Below are positions 1 through 7,423 of a stretch of DNA of 32,000 bases, in pieces. This stretch comes from an uncultured Verrucomicrobia subdivision 3 bacterium (GTDB taxonomy: Bacteria; Verrucomicrobiota; Verrucomicrobiia; Limisphaerales; UBA11358), in contig CAIZWI010000257.1 of assembly GCA_903936645.1 (NCBI GenBank), positions 1 through 32,000 on the forward strand, in the 5' to 3' direction. The notes below the pieces were generated by a model, which saw only the letters and a list, made by a program, of their open reading frames with translations, made no database searches and was not told the DNA's origin. Numbering within the stretch: the stretch's first letter is position 1; each line of letters begins with the position of its first letter. A program made the position numbers and the translations under genes.

Positions 1-158
1 CCCGCCGCCCCGATGAGGCCCCATAGTATCAGCAGGCGGGTGGTGGGACCCTTGGCAATTTGATAACCGACGACCTGGGCGTGCGTGGCCTCGGGAAGGC
101 CCACCAGGAGGAGGGCCAGGAGGGCGACATTTAACAGGATGAGGAAATAACGCAGCAC
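1..158 (-). CDS. partial CDS: N-terminal ~52 aa of a hydrophobic membrane protein (3' end lies beyond the window start)
   Basis: The minus-strand frame is open from GTG at 158..156 to the window edge. It translates as (M)LRYFLILLNVALLALLLVGLPEATHAQVVGYQIAKGPTTRLLILWGLIGAAG, which looks like a TM helix. It lies directly downstream of the GT2 gene and is absent from the ORF track because it is truncated. Confidence 0.25.
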   Translation of the reverse strand, partial: MLRYFLILLNVALLALLLVGLPEATHAQVVGYQIAKGPTTRLLILWGLIGAA

Positions 159-188
159 GATGGCGATGGGGAGGGCGAAGGGAAGCGG

Positions 189-923
189 TCAGTTGATGGT
201 CTCACCGACGCGGTATTTGAACATGCGCTTTTTCATCCAGCGGACGGCGAGCAAATCGTAGAAGGAGGCGAAGAGGCGGTTCCAGACGCCATAATTACTC
301 TGGCCGGCGAAGCGGGGGTTGTTGCTGACCTCAATCTCGGTAACGGTGTGGCCCTCAATTTTGAAGAGGGTGGGCAGGAAGCGATGCATGCCCTTGAAGA
401 ATTTAAGGTTGTCAATGCACTCGCGCTTGAAGGCGCGGTAGGTGCAGCCGGCGTCGGAAATTTGCTCGCCGCTCAATTTATTGCGCACGGCATTGGCAAT
501 GCGCGAGGAGGCGACCCGGATAAAGTTGTCGCCTTCACCGCGCACTTTGACACGGGAGCCGCAGACGCAGTCGTAGTGCTTGAGGGCGGCCAGGAATTTG
601 GGGATGTCCTTGGGGTCGTTTTGCAGATCGGCATCGAGGGTGAAGAGGTATTTACCACGGGCGGCTTTCAGGCCGGCGAAACTGGCGGCGCTTTCGCCGC
701 AATTGGCGACGAAGCGCTGCACGCGAATGCGCGGGTCGGCGGCGGCGAGTTCCTGGAGGATGGCCCAGGACTGGTCCTTGCTGCGATCGTCGGTGATGAC
801 GACCTCATAGGGCAGATGGAGCGGCTCGACGGCGGCGCGAATGGCCTTGATGAGTTCGCGGAGGTTGCCTTCCTCGTTGTAACAAGGGATGACGAGGCTG
901 ATTTCGGGTAATACAGGGTTCAT
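189..923 (-). CDS. GT2-family glycosyltransferase, polyprenyl-phosphate sugar transferase type (ArnC/GtrB/DPM1-like)
   Basis: ORF track 189..935 starts at a GTG. The ATG at 923 gives MNPVLPEISLVIPCYNEE. GT-A hallmarks are present: VIPCYNEE, ITDDRSKD and TLDADLQNDP (DXD). There are no C-terminal TM helices. Confidence 0.85.
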   Translation of the reverse strand: MNPVLPEISLVIPCYNEEGNLRELIKAIRAAVEPLHLPYEVVITDDRSKDQSWAILQELAAADPRIRVQRFVANCGESAASFAGLKAARGKYLFTLDADLQNDPKDIPKFLAALKHYDCVCGSRVKVRGEGDNFIRVASSRIANAVRNKLSGEQISDAGCTYRAFKRECIDNLKFFKGMHRFLPTLFKIEGHTVTEIEVSNNPRFAGQSNYGVWNRLFASFYDLLAVRWMKKRMFKYRVGETIN

Positions 924-982
924 TGTTTTGAACACCGGCCGGCTTCTGATTTAAGGATGATCGTTTTCATCGAATGCAGCCA

Positions 983-1010
983 TTATATAATGAAATGGGT
1001 GGCGGCTCAA
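983..1010 (-). promoter_or_regulatory. candidate sigma70-type promoter for the GT2 gene
   Basis: The minus strand reads TTGAGC-(17 nt)-TATAAT (TTGAGCCGCCACCCATTTCATTATATAATGG). The -35 element overlaps the stop codon of the upstream ORF. The -10 element lies ~50-60 nt upstream of the GT2 start. Confidence 0.35.
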
Positions 1011-1840
1011 GGCAGCTTGTAGCCTTCGGCCCTGGCGATGCGCTGCTGCTCTTCGGCCACAATTTTTCGCAATTCGATCAGATCGGCCGGCAACAAATAG
1101 GATTCAAGCATTTTAAGCAAGGGTTCCATTTGGGGCTTATGCCGGGCGAGTAACAGTTTGATGTCGGCTTCATAAAGATAAATGCGGTCCCAGTCAAACT
1201 GGCGGTAAAGTGACGGCAAGGCGTATAGTTTCAGGACGATGAGGCCTTCGACGGTCGCAGCGGGCACGGCGAGTTCGGCAAACTGGTGGTGCGTGGCAAA
1301 TTTTTGGGCGACCTGCTTGAACAAAGGGTTTTGGGTGAGCAGTAAATCGACCTGGACACTGCGAAATTGGGCCCGGGCGAAGTAGGCGCTTGCCTCCGCG
1401 ATCACGAGTTCCGGCAGTTTCCGCAAGGTGGCCACGGACATGAGCAAATCGACATCCCGGGTATTGCGGCCTTGCACATAGGTGAGCATGGCCAGGCCAC
1501 CGACCAGCAGGTAGTGGGCCTGACGTTCGGCGAGGAGGCGGAAGAGGTCCAGGGCATCCTGGGGCACGGGCAGGGCGGGTTTGGGGGACGGGTCGTCACG
1601 CAATTGCAGCGGGGTGCCGGTCCATTGATGGGCGCCGACCTCCCAGGCCTCGAGCAACACCTGGGCCAGGCGGTTCAAACTGACGCCGGGCGGCAGGGTG
1701 ACGGGGCGGGGAATGGGGCGGGCGACCGTCGTTTTCACCGGACAATTATCGCAAAAATGGCGGTGGAAGGGAAGCGGTATCCGGCCTGGGTGCGCCGGTC
1801 CTTTCGCTACGGCGGGCGGCAGACCCACTGCCCCCGACAT
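1007..1840 (-). CDS. nucleotidyltransferase-fold protein of unknown function
   Basis: VGGLAMLTYVQGRNTRDVDLLM fits the minimal NTase motif hG[GS]-x(9-13)-DhD. A later acidic position occurs in ATVEGLIVLKLYA. The track ORF 1007..1969 runs through the upstream terminator and the DegT stop, so ATG 1840 is preferred (alternative GTG 1738). Confidence 0.55.
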   Translation of the reverse strand: MSGAVGLPPAVAKGPAHPGRIPLPFHRHFCDNCPVKTTVARPIPRPVTLPPGVSLNRLAQVLLEAWEVGAHQWTGTPLQLRDDPSPKPALPVPQDALDLFRLLAERQAHYLLVGGLAMLTYVQGRNTRDVDLLMSVATLRKLPELVIAEASAYFARAQFRSVQVDLLLTQNPLFKQVAQKFATHHQFAELAVPAATVEGLIVLKLYALPSLYRQFDWDRIYLYEADIKLLLARHKPQMEPLLKMLESYLLPADLIELRKIVAEEQQRIARAEGYKLP

Positions 1841-1860
1841 GGGGAGGTCTTTAAGGGGGC

Positions 1861-1893
1861 AATAAAAAAGCCGCGTTCTTTGGGGAACGCGGC
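1861..1893 (-). terminator. rho-independent terminator downstream of the DegT-family gene
   Basis: The minus strand reads GCCGCGTTC-CCCAAA-GAACGCGGC-TTTTTTATT. This is a perfect 9-bp GC-rich stem, a 6-nt loop and a T6 tract, starting 20 nt after the stop at 1914. Confidence 0.65.
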
Positions 1894-1913
1894 TGGTGGA
1901 TGACCGGTGCGGC

Positions 1914-3002
1914 TTATTTCTGGCCGTAAAATGCGGCGATGGCGTCGCAGACTTTATCGGCGGCGTCAAGGCTCATTTCGCCGTGGATGGGGAGGGAGAG
2001 GATTTCCTTCACGGCCTGCTCGGTTTTCGGGAGTTTGGGGATGTAGGGGAACAGGCCGACGACGGCGGGTTGCAGGTGGTTGGGCTTGGGATAGTGCACG
2101 CCGGTTTCGATGTTCTTGTCCTTGAGGAATTTTTGCAGGTCGTCGCGGCGTTCGGCGCGGATGACGTACATGTGGTATACGGGGGTGGCCCAGTCGCGCA
2201 AGGGCGGGGTCGCGACGAGGCCGGCCAGGCGCTGGGTGTAGCGGGCGGCGATTTGCCGGCGGTTTTCGTTGAAGGCGTCGAGGTGTTTCAACATGACGCG
2301 GCCGATGGCGGCGTTGATTTCGTTGAAGCGCACGTTGTAGCCGGTGAATTCGTGGTCGTATTTGCCCTGGCGGCCGTGGTTGCGGAGCATGCGCAGACGG
2401 TCGGCGTAGTCGGTTTTGTTGGTGGTGATGCAGCCGCCATCGCCGAGCACGGTGAGGTTCTTGGAGGGGAAGAAGCTGAAGGCGCCGAAGTCGCCCATGC
2501 TGCCAACGGTTTTGCCCTTGTATTTCGCCCCCTGCGCCTGCGCGCAATCTTCAATGACCCACAGTTTGTTTTGCCTGGCCATGGCGAGCAGGCGGTCGTT
2601 GTCCAGGGGATGACCGTAGAGGTGGACTCCGATGATGCCGACGGTGCGCGGGGTGATGAGGGATTCCACATGGGCCAGGTCCATGACAAAGGTGTCGTCG
2701 ATGTCGGCAAACACGGGTTTGGCGCCAAGGTGGATGAGCGGTTCCATGGTGGGAAACGCGGTGTGGCTGGGGACGATGATTTCATCGCCGGGTCCGATGC
2801 CCTGGAGCTGGTGCAAGAGGTAGACGATCATGGTCCAGGAACTGCCGAGGACGCACTGGGCGGTGCCGGTGTGGGCGGCGAGCTCGGCCTCAAAGGCGGT
2901 GGATTCCTTGCCGAGGATGTACTGGCCGGAGCGGATGGCGCGCAGGGCGGCTTCCTCGATCTCGGCGTTCACGAAGCATTTGGACAGGGGGATTTTGCTC
3001 AT
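1914..3002 (-). CDS. DegT/DnrJ/EryC1/StrS-family PLP-dependent sugar aminotransferase
   Basis: The 362-aa ORF resembles the family over its full length. Examples: ...AFEAELAAHTG..., VIEDCAQAQGA, and FSFFPSKNLTVLGDGG, which carries the PLP lysine. The start is ATG at 3002. Confidence 0.9.
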   Translation of the reverse strand: MSKIPLSKCFVNAEIEEAALRAIRSGQYILGKESTAFEAELAAHTGTAQCVLGSSWTMIVYLLHQLQGIGPGDEIIVPSHTAFPTMEPLIHLGAKPVFADIDDTFVMDLAHVESLITPRTVGIIGVHLYGHPLDNDRLLAMARQNKLWVIEDCAQAQGAKYKGKTVGSMGDFGAFSFFPSKNLTVLGDGGCITTNKTDYADRLRMLRNHGRQGKYDHEFTGYNVRFNEINAAIGRVMLKHLDAFNENRRQIAARYTQRLAGLVATPPLRDWATPVYHMYVIRAERRDDLQKFLKDKNIETGVHYPKPNHLQPAVVGLFPYIPKLPKTEQAVKEILSLPIHGEMSLDAADKVCDAIAAFYGQK

Positions 3003-3020
3003 AAATTTAGAAAATTAATC

Positions 3021-3048
3021 CGCTAATTACGCTAATTAACGCTAATTA
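3021..3048. repeat. 3-copy tandem repeat CGCTAATTA(A)
   Basis: Copies lie at 3021-3029, 3030-3039 and 3040-3048 (minus strand TAATTAGCG x3). They sit in the AT-rich gap between the GxxExxY stop (3042-3044) and the DegT start (3002). Confidence 0.8.
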
Positions 3049-3485
3049 TTTAAGGATTTTGTTTGAAGATTAATGGAATTGATTGGTTGGGTTACGCCGA
3101 GAACGATGCGTTTCCATTCAAGGCTTGGGGCTCCGAAATTAATTAAAAGGCCCAATTCATGCCGGGAAACTTTCAAGTAATTGATCACTTGGGCTGCTTC
3201 ACGTGTCGTTAGTTTTTCCAAGGCTTTTAGTTCAACAATGATTTTGTTGTACAGCACCAAATCGGCAACGTAGGTTTTTTTTAGTTGGTTGCCTTTATAA
3301 AATATTGGCATTTCTTTCTGGGCCTCAAACGGTATCTGACGGACCGCCAATTCAAGTTCCATGCATTCCTGAAAGACCGGCTCGGAAAATCCACATCCGT
3401 TCTCCCGGTGGACTTCCATGGCAGCCCCAATAATGGCAAAGACTTCGTTTTTGAAGAGAAGGTCTGGAACCATTTTTGGACTCAT
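3042..3485 (-). CDS. GxxExxY protein (PD-(D/E)XK nuclease superfamily)
   Basis: Starting from ATG 3485: MSPKMVPDLLFKNEVFAIIGAAMEVHRENGCGFSEPVFQECMELELAVRQIPFEAQKEMPIFYKG...DLVLYNKIIVELKALEKL...QVINYLKVS...GLLINFG. This is the typical pattern of the family. The part of the track ORF upstream of 3485 is antisense to the Gfo gene, is R/P-rich, and was discarded. Confidence 0.8.
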   Translation of the reverse strand: MSPKMVPDLLFKNEVFAIIGAAMEVHRENGCGFSEPVFQECMELELAVRQIPFEAQKEMPIFYKGNQLKKTYVADLVLYNKIIVELKALEKLTTREAAQVINYLKVSRHELGLLINFGAPSLEWKRIVLGVTQPINSINLQTKSLNN

Positions 3486-3529
3486 AGAACTAGGATTATA
3501 TCGCGAGATTCGCGGATAAAAGATAGAAA

Positions 3530-4516
3530 CTAATCCAGCGGGATGGCGCGGCCGGTTTTGACGGATTCGAGGGCGGCGTTCAGGACGCGGACGGCATCGT
3601 AGCCGGACCAGGCATCGGCGCGCGGGGCCTGGCGGGTTTTGATGGAATCCAGGAAGGCCCGCAACTCGGCGAGGAGGGGTTCCTCGGGGGGACACTCGAT
3701 TTGATGCACGGCGCCTTCGATGCCTTTGAAATCGTTGCCTTCGCGGACATGGAGGTTCGCGTAGGTTTTGATTTTGTATTGCGAGATGTTGTAGTCGCAG
3801 ACGGCGCTGAGTTTATCGCCACAAACGATGACTTCACGGAATTTGCCGGGGATGAAGTAATCGTTTTCGATGGTGGCCCAGGTGTGTCCGTGGCTGGTTT
3901 CGTATTCGAGGGAAACGAGGGAAACGTCGTCCATGCCCCGTCCCAGGAAGTCGTGATGGACGGCGAGGACGCGCTTGGGCAGGGCGCCGAGGAGGAAATT
4001 GAAGAGGTCCACGAAGTGGATGCCATCGGCGAACATGACGCCACTGTCGTTGCGGGGGCGCTTGAAGCCGCCGAAGTGGCCGCGGAGCATGTTGACGCGG
4101 CCGAAGTCGCCGGCGGCAATGGCCTCGCGCAACCAGAGGGTGGCGGGATCAAACCGCAGGATGTGGCCGACTTGGAGAATGCGCTGGTTTTGGGCGGCGA
4201 GTTCGGCGAGGGCTTTGGCCTCGGCGTTGTCGAGGGTGAGGGGTTTTTCGACAAACACATCCTTGCCGGCGGCGAGGAATTCGCGGCAGATGGGGAAATG
4301 AGACTGGGCCGGGGTGACGACGACCACGCCATCCACCACGGGGAGAAAATCTTTATAATTGGTGGTGAGCCGGGCTTCGGGGATGCCGAGTTTGCGGGCG
4401 GGGTCCAGTTGTTTGGCGCCCACTTCAGCCACGTAGAGTTCCACGGGCAGGTTGTTCAAGTTCCGCAGGTGGTTGATGCCCCAGCGGCCCAATCCGAGTA
4501 AGAGAAGTTTGGTCAT
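3530..4516 (-). CDS. Gfo/Idh/MocA-family NAD(P)-dependent oxidoreductase (probable sugar-nucleotide dehydrogenase)
   Basis: The N-terminal Rossmann motif is LLLLGLGRWGINH. The EKPL motif appears in DVFVEKPLTL. The ORF is 328 aa and starts at ATG 4516. Confidence 0.9.
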   Translation of the reverse strand: MTKLLLLGLGRWGINHLRNLNNLPVELYVAEVGAKQLDPARKLGIPEARLTTNYKDFLPVVDGVVVVTPAQSHFPICREFLAAGKDVFVEKPLTLDNAEAKALAELAAQNQRILQVGHILRFDPATLWLREAIAAGDFGRVNMLRGHFGGFKRPRNDSGVMFADGIHFVDLFNFLLGALPKRVLAVHHDFLGRGMDDVSLVSLEYETSHGHTWATIENDYFIPGKFREVIVCGDKLSAVCDYNISQYKIKTYANLHVREGNDFKGIEGAVHQIECPPEEPLLAELRAFLDSIKTRQAPRADAWSGYDAVRVLNAALESVKTGRAIPLD

Positions 4517-4584
4517 GAATACGGGAATAATTTCCGGAAAAATGGCCCGGGCGGCAAGTCAAAAGGCCGGATGCGCAGCAGCGA

Positions 4585-6039
4585 TTACCAGGTATAATGG
4601 ACGGTGTAAGTGACTTTGCGCTCCTGATCGGGGACGACGGGAACCTGGAACTGGATGGTTTGGGCGTCGGTTTTGGTATAAATATCGGACTGGGCGGTGA
4701 GGCTCCAGTTGCTCCAGCGATACAAATGCTCGACCACGCGGAAGGTGACGGGGGTCTTTTTACGGTTGCGGAGGGTGATCTCGAAGGATTCGTCGAGCCA
4801 TTTTTCGGCGGTATCCACGTGGAAATCGGTTTGTTTGCGCTCGCCGACCAGGTCGAAGGCGTTGCCGGTGGTGAGGTGGATGGTTTCGTTGCGCGGGGTG
4901 TGGTCGATGGTGTTTTCGCCGGTGAATTCCAACTGGCCGTCGTCGTCGCGGCGGTAGAAGCGCAGTTTGCCGGCCGGCAGGGGAATACCGAGGTGATTGG
5001 TCTCGGCATTTACGAACTCGCGCAGGATGGCGACTTTATTGTTCGACTGAGTGCCGTAGCTCTGCTCGGGATTCAAGCCGCCGCCAAAGCGGAAGCCGGG
5101 GTCGGCGCCATCGTATTGGTAAATCACGGGGGCGAGGACGGAGCTGGCGCTGACAAACTGGACCTGTTTGGTTTCGCGATCGCGCAGGGTGGTGGGGCGG
5201 GCGACGCTGTAGAGGTGATATTCGTCGAAGGCTTTTTCGGTGACGACGGGTTCGGCACCGTTTGCCTGGGGAGCCATCATCGCGGTGGCAACCATGCGGT
5301 CCATACGGGGTGCGGGGGCGATTTTATTCACATCGCCGGCCATGACTTTGATCTGGGCGTCGGTGAAGGTTTTGCCGCTTTCATTTTTGAGGGTGAGCCA
5401 GCCGAGGACGTCCACGGTATCGCCGGTTTCAGGGGCGACGATATTGTAGCTGGCCTCCCAGGAGAAGCCGCCGGTGACGTAGCCGATTTCGGCGTCAAAG
5501 GTGCCGGGGTTGTCGGATTGGAGGAGCCAGTTAAAGGAGGGATGGAGGACGGTGTCGTCGCCGAGGTTGGGAAAGCGGGGTTCGCCGGGGAGGCTGAACT
5601 GGAGGCTGCCATTGACCTCGATGATGGGCTGCTCCGCGCCGCCGCCCGGCAGATAACCACTGCGCACGATGCGCCCGGAGATGAGTTCGGGGGCTGGGTT
5701 GGTGTCCCGGGCATGCGGCGGCGCAAAGGGGATGGTCTTGCCCTCGAACAGGGACAGGAGGAGTTCCTGGGTGACGGGGTCGTTGCGGTAGTTTTGCTCG
5801 AGGATTTGGAGGTGATGGAGACCGGCGGGGTCGCGCAGGATGACGGAATCAGGCTCGACCTGGGCGGTGGCGCCGGGGTAACGCAACTGGTTCACGCCCG
5901 CCTTGAGGTCGAGCGGGACGAGGTCGCGGACGACGGCAAAGTTTTGGTTGTAGATGGTGAGGGACGGCGCGGCACCGAGGGTGAGCGCGGCACCACCGGC
6001 GAGGGCCACACCCGCGAACCAGGCAAAAATAGTTTTCAT
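4585..6039 (-). CDS. DUF4139 (TIGR02231/MuiA-like) family secreted protein
   Basis: ATG 6039 gives the signal peptide MKTIFAWFAGVALAGGAALTLGAAP. This is followed by SLTIYNQNFAVVRDLVPLDLKAGVNQL..., which is typical of the DUF4140/DUF4139 N-terminus. The track start at 6057 is a TTG. Confidence 0.65.
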   Translation of the reverse strand: MKTIFAWFAGVALAGGAALTLGAAPSLTIYNQNFAVVRDLVPLDLKAGVNQLRYPGATAQVEPDSVILRDPAGLHHLQILEQNYRNDPVTQELLLSLFEGKTIPFAPPHARDTNPAPELISGRIVRSGYLPGGGAEQPIIEVNGSLQFSLPGEPRFPNLGDDTVLHPSFNWLLQSDNPGTFDAEIGYVTGGFSWEASYNIVAPETGDTVDVLGWLTLKNESGKTFTDAQIKVMAGDVNKIAPAPRMDRMVATAMMAPQANGAEPVVTEKAFDEYHLYSVARPTTLRDRETKQVQFVSASSVLAPVIYQYDGADPGFRFGGGLNPEQSYGTQSNNKVAILREFVNAETNHLGIPLPAGKLRFYRRDDDGQLEFTGENTIDHTPRNETIHLTTGNAFDLVGERKQTDFHVDTAEKWLDESFEITLRNRKKTPVTFRVVEHLYRWSNWSLTAQSDIYTKTDAQTIQFQVPVVPDQERKVTYTVHYTW

Positions 6040-6132
6040 GTTTAAAGGGACGACCAATGACCGAATTTTATTCAGCTTAGACGGCCGCGGCGCGCGGATG
6101 TTCAGGAATCTGGCAACTTTCGGGATCAGGGA

Positions 6133-7419
6133 TCATTGGGCCATGAGTTTTTCGATATCAGCGACCTCGATGGGGATGTGGGCCATGAGATCGACCGGGC
6201 CCTGGTCGGTGACGAGGATGTCGTTTTCCAGGCGGACGGCGAGGCCTTCGGCGCGGATGTAGATGGCGGGTTCGACGGTCATGACCCAGCCGGCCTGGAT
6301 GGGTTTGGTGGTGTGGCCGACGTCGTGGACATCGAGGCCGAGCGGATGGCCGACGCCGTGCATGAAATATTTTTTGAAGGCGGGGCGGTCGGGGTCCTGG
6401 GCCTGGATTTGCTCGGGGGTGAGCAGGCCGAGGCCGAGGAGCTCGGTTTCGATGAAGCGTTCGGCGTCGCGCTGCCAGTCTTTGAGCAGGCGGCCGACGG
6501 TCAGGCCCTGGATGGAGGCGCGGAGGACGCGGAGAACGGCTTCGTAGACTTGTTTCTGGCGGGGGGTGAATTTGCCGTTAACGGGGATGGTGCGGGTGAG
6601 ATCGGCGTTGTAATTGGCGTAGCTGGCGGCGACATCCAGGAGCAGCAGGTCGCCATCGGCGCAGGGCTGGTCGTTGGCGATGTAGTGGAGGACGCAGGCG
6701 TTTTTGCCGCTGGCAATGATGGGGTTGTAGGCGAAATCGCCGCCGCGGCGGATGAATTCGTGGGCGAACTCGGCCTCCAGATCGGTTTCGGAGACGCCGG
6801 GTTTGACGAAGCGGGCGACGCGCTGGAAGCCGGCATCGGTGATGTCGCAAGCGGCCTGGAGGAGGCGGACTTCCTCCGCGGATTTCACGGCGCGCAGGGT
6901 ATGCAACACCCGGGCGAGGCGCTGGTAATCGTGCAGGGGATACTGGGCCTGGGTGGCCTGGATGAAGCGGGCATCGCGGGAGGCCACCTCGATGACGGCA
7001 CGTTTGTGCTCGTTGGTGTTGAGATACACGTGCTCGGACTCGCAGATGACCCGCCGGAAAATGCCGGGAAATTCGGAGAGCCATTCCACGCGCGACACAC
7101 CGGTGCGGGCGCGGGCCTCCTCCTTGGTGAGCTTGTGGCCTTCCCAAATGGCGATGAGTTCGCTGGTTTCGCGCAGGAACAGGATTTCGCGGAACTTTTC
7201 ATCATCGGCATCCGGATACAGCAGCAGGATGCTCTCCTCCTGGTCGACGCCGGTGAGATAGAAAAGGTCGGAATTCTGGCGCAGGCGGAGGGAGCCATCG
7301 GCATTGGTGGGGAGAATATCGTTGGCGTTGACGACGGCCAGGGAGTTGGGCAAGAGCAGCCGGGCCAGCCGGGCGCGATTGTTAATGAACAGGTTCGGGT
7401 TGATGGGTCCGTAGCGCAT
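6133..7419 (-). CDS. pepP: Xaa-Pro aminopeptidase (aminopeptidase P, M24B)
   Basis: M24B metal-ligand blocks are present: LLLLDVAASYANYNADLTRT, HGVGHPLGLDVHD and VMTVEPAIY...RLENDILVT. The ATG at 7419 (MRYGPINPNLF) lies 4 nt after the ltaA stop. Confidence 0.9.
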   Translation of the reverse strand: MRYGPINPNLFINNRARLARLLLPNSLAVVNANDILPTNADGSLRLRQNSDLFYLTGVDQEESILLLYPDADDEKFREILFLRETSELIAIWEGHKLTKEEARARTGVSRVEWLSEFPGIFRRVICESEHVYLNTNEHKRAVIEVASRDARFIQATQAQYPLHDYQRLARVLHTLRAVKSAEEVRLLQAACDITDAGFQRVARFVKPGVSETDLEAEFAHEFIRRGGDFAYNPIIASGKNACVLHYIANDQPCADGDLLLLDVAASYANYNADLTRTIPVNGKFTPRQKQVYEAVLRVLRASIQGLTVGRLLKDWQRDAERFIETELLGLGLLTPEQIQAQDPDRPAFKKYFMHGVGHPLGLDVHDVGHTTKPIQAGWVMTVEPAIYIRAEGLAVRLENDILVTDQGPVDLMAHIPIEVADIEKLMAQ

Positions 7420-7423
7420 AATG

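Noticed and set aside
1-191. The open frame after the GT2 stop (TGA 191..189) is in the same frame: possible read-through, selenocysteine or a fused TM domain
   Set aside because: There is a one-in-three chance of this frame coincidence. No SECIS-like hairpin is evident. Short soluble ArnC/Ppm1-type GT2 proteins with a separate membrane partner are known. A GTG at 158 provides an independent start.
1841-1969. N-terminal extensions of track ORFs (1007..1969, also 3042..3695, 14970..16064, 13450..14772, 4585..6057, 10419..)
   Set aside because: The extensions overlap neighbouring genes or a terminator. They are R/P-rich or start at TTG/GTG, and they precede in-frame ATGs that give canonical family N-termini or signal peptides. 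The shorter models were adopted.
1007-3485. Nucleotidyltransferase-fold ORF plus GxxExxY nuclease-fold ORF as a defence or toxin-antitoxin system
   Set aside because: The two genes are separated by the DegT gene and a terminator. Neither has an adjacent small partner ORF, and no HEPN, antitoxin or helicase components are present. There is no evidence beyond fold-level resemblance.
3016-3536. 6-bp direct repeat TAATCC (3016-3021 and 3531-3536) flanking the GxxExxY cassette, as a possible target-site duplication
   Set aside because: It is too short, lies in AT-rich sequence where chance matches are expected, and the right copy overlaps the Gfo stop codon. It is not sufficient evidence for transposition.
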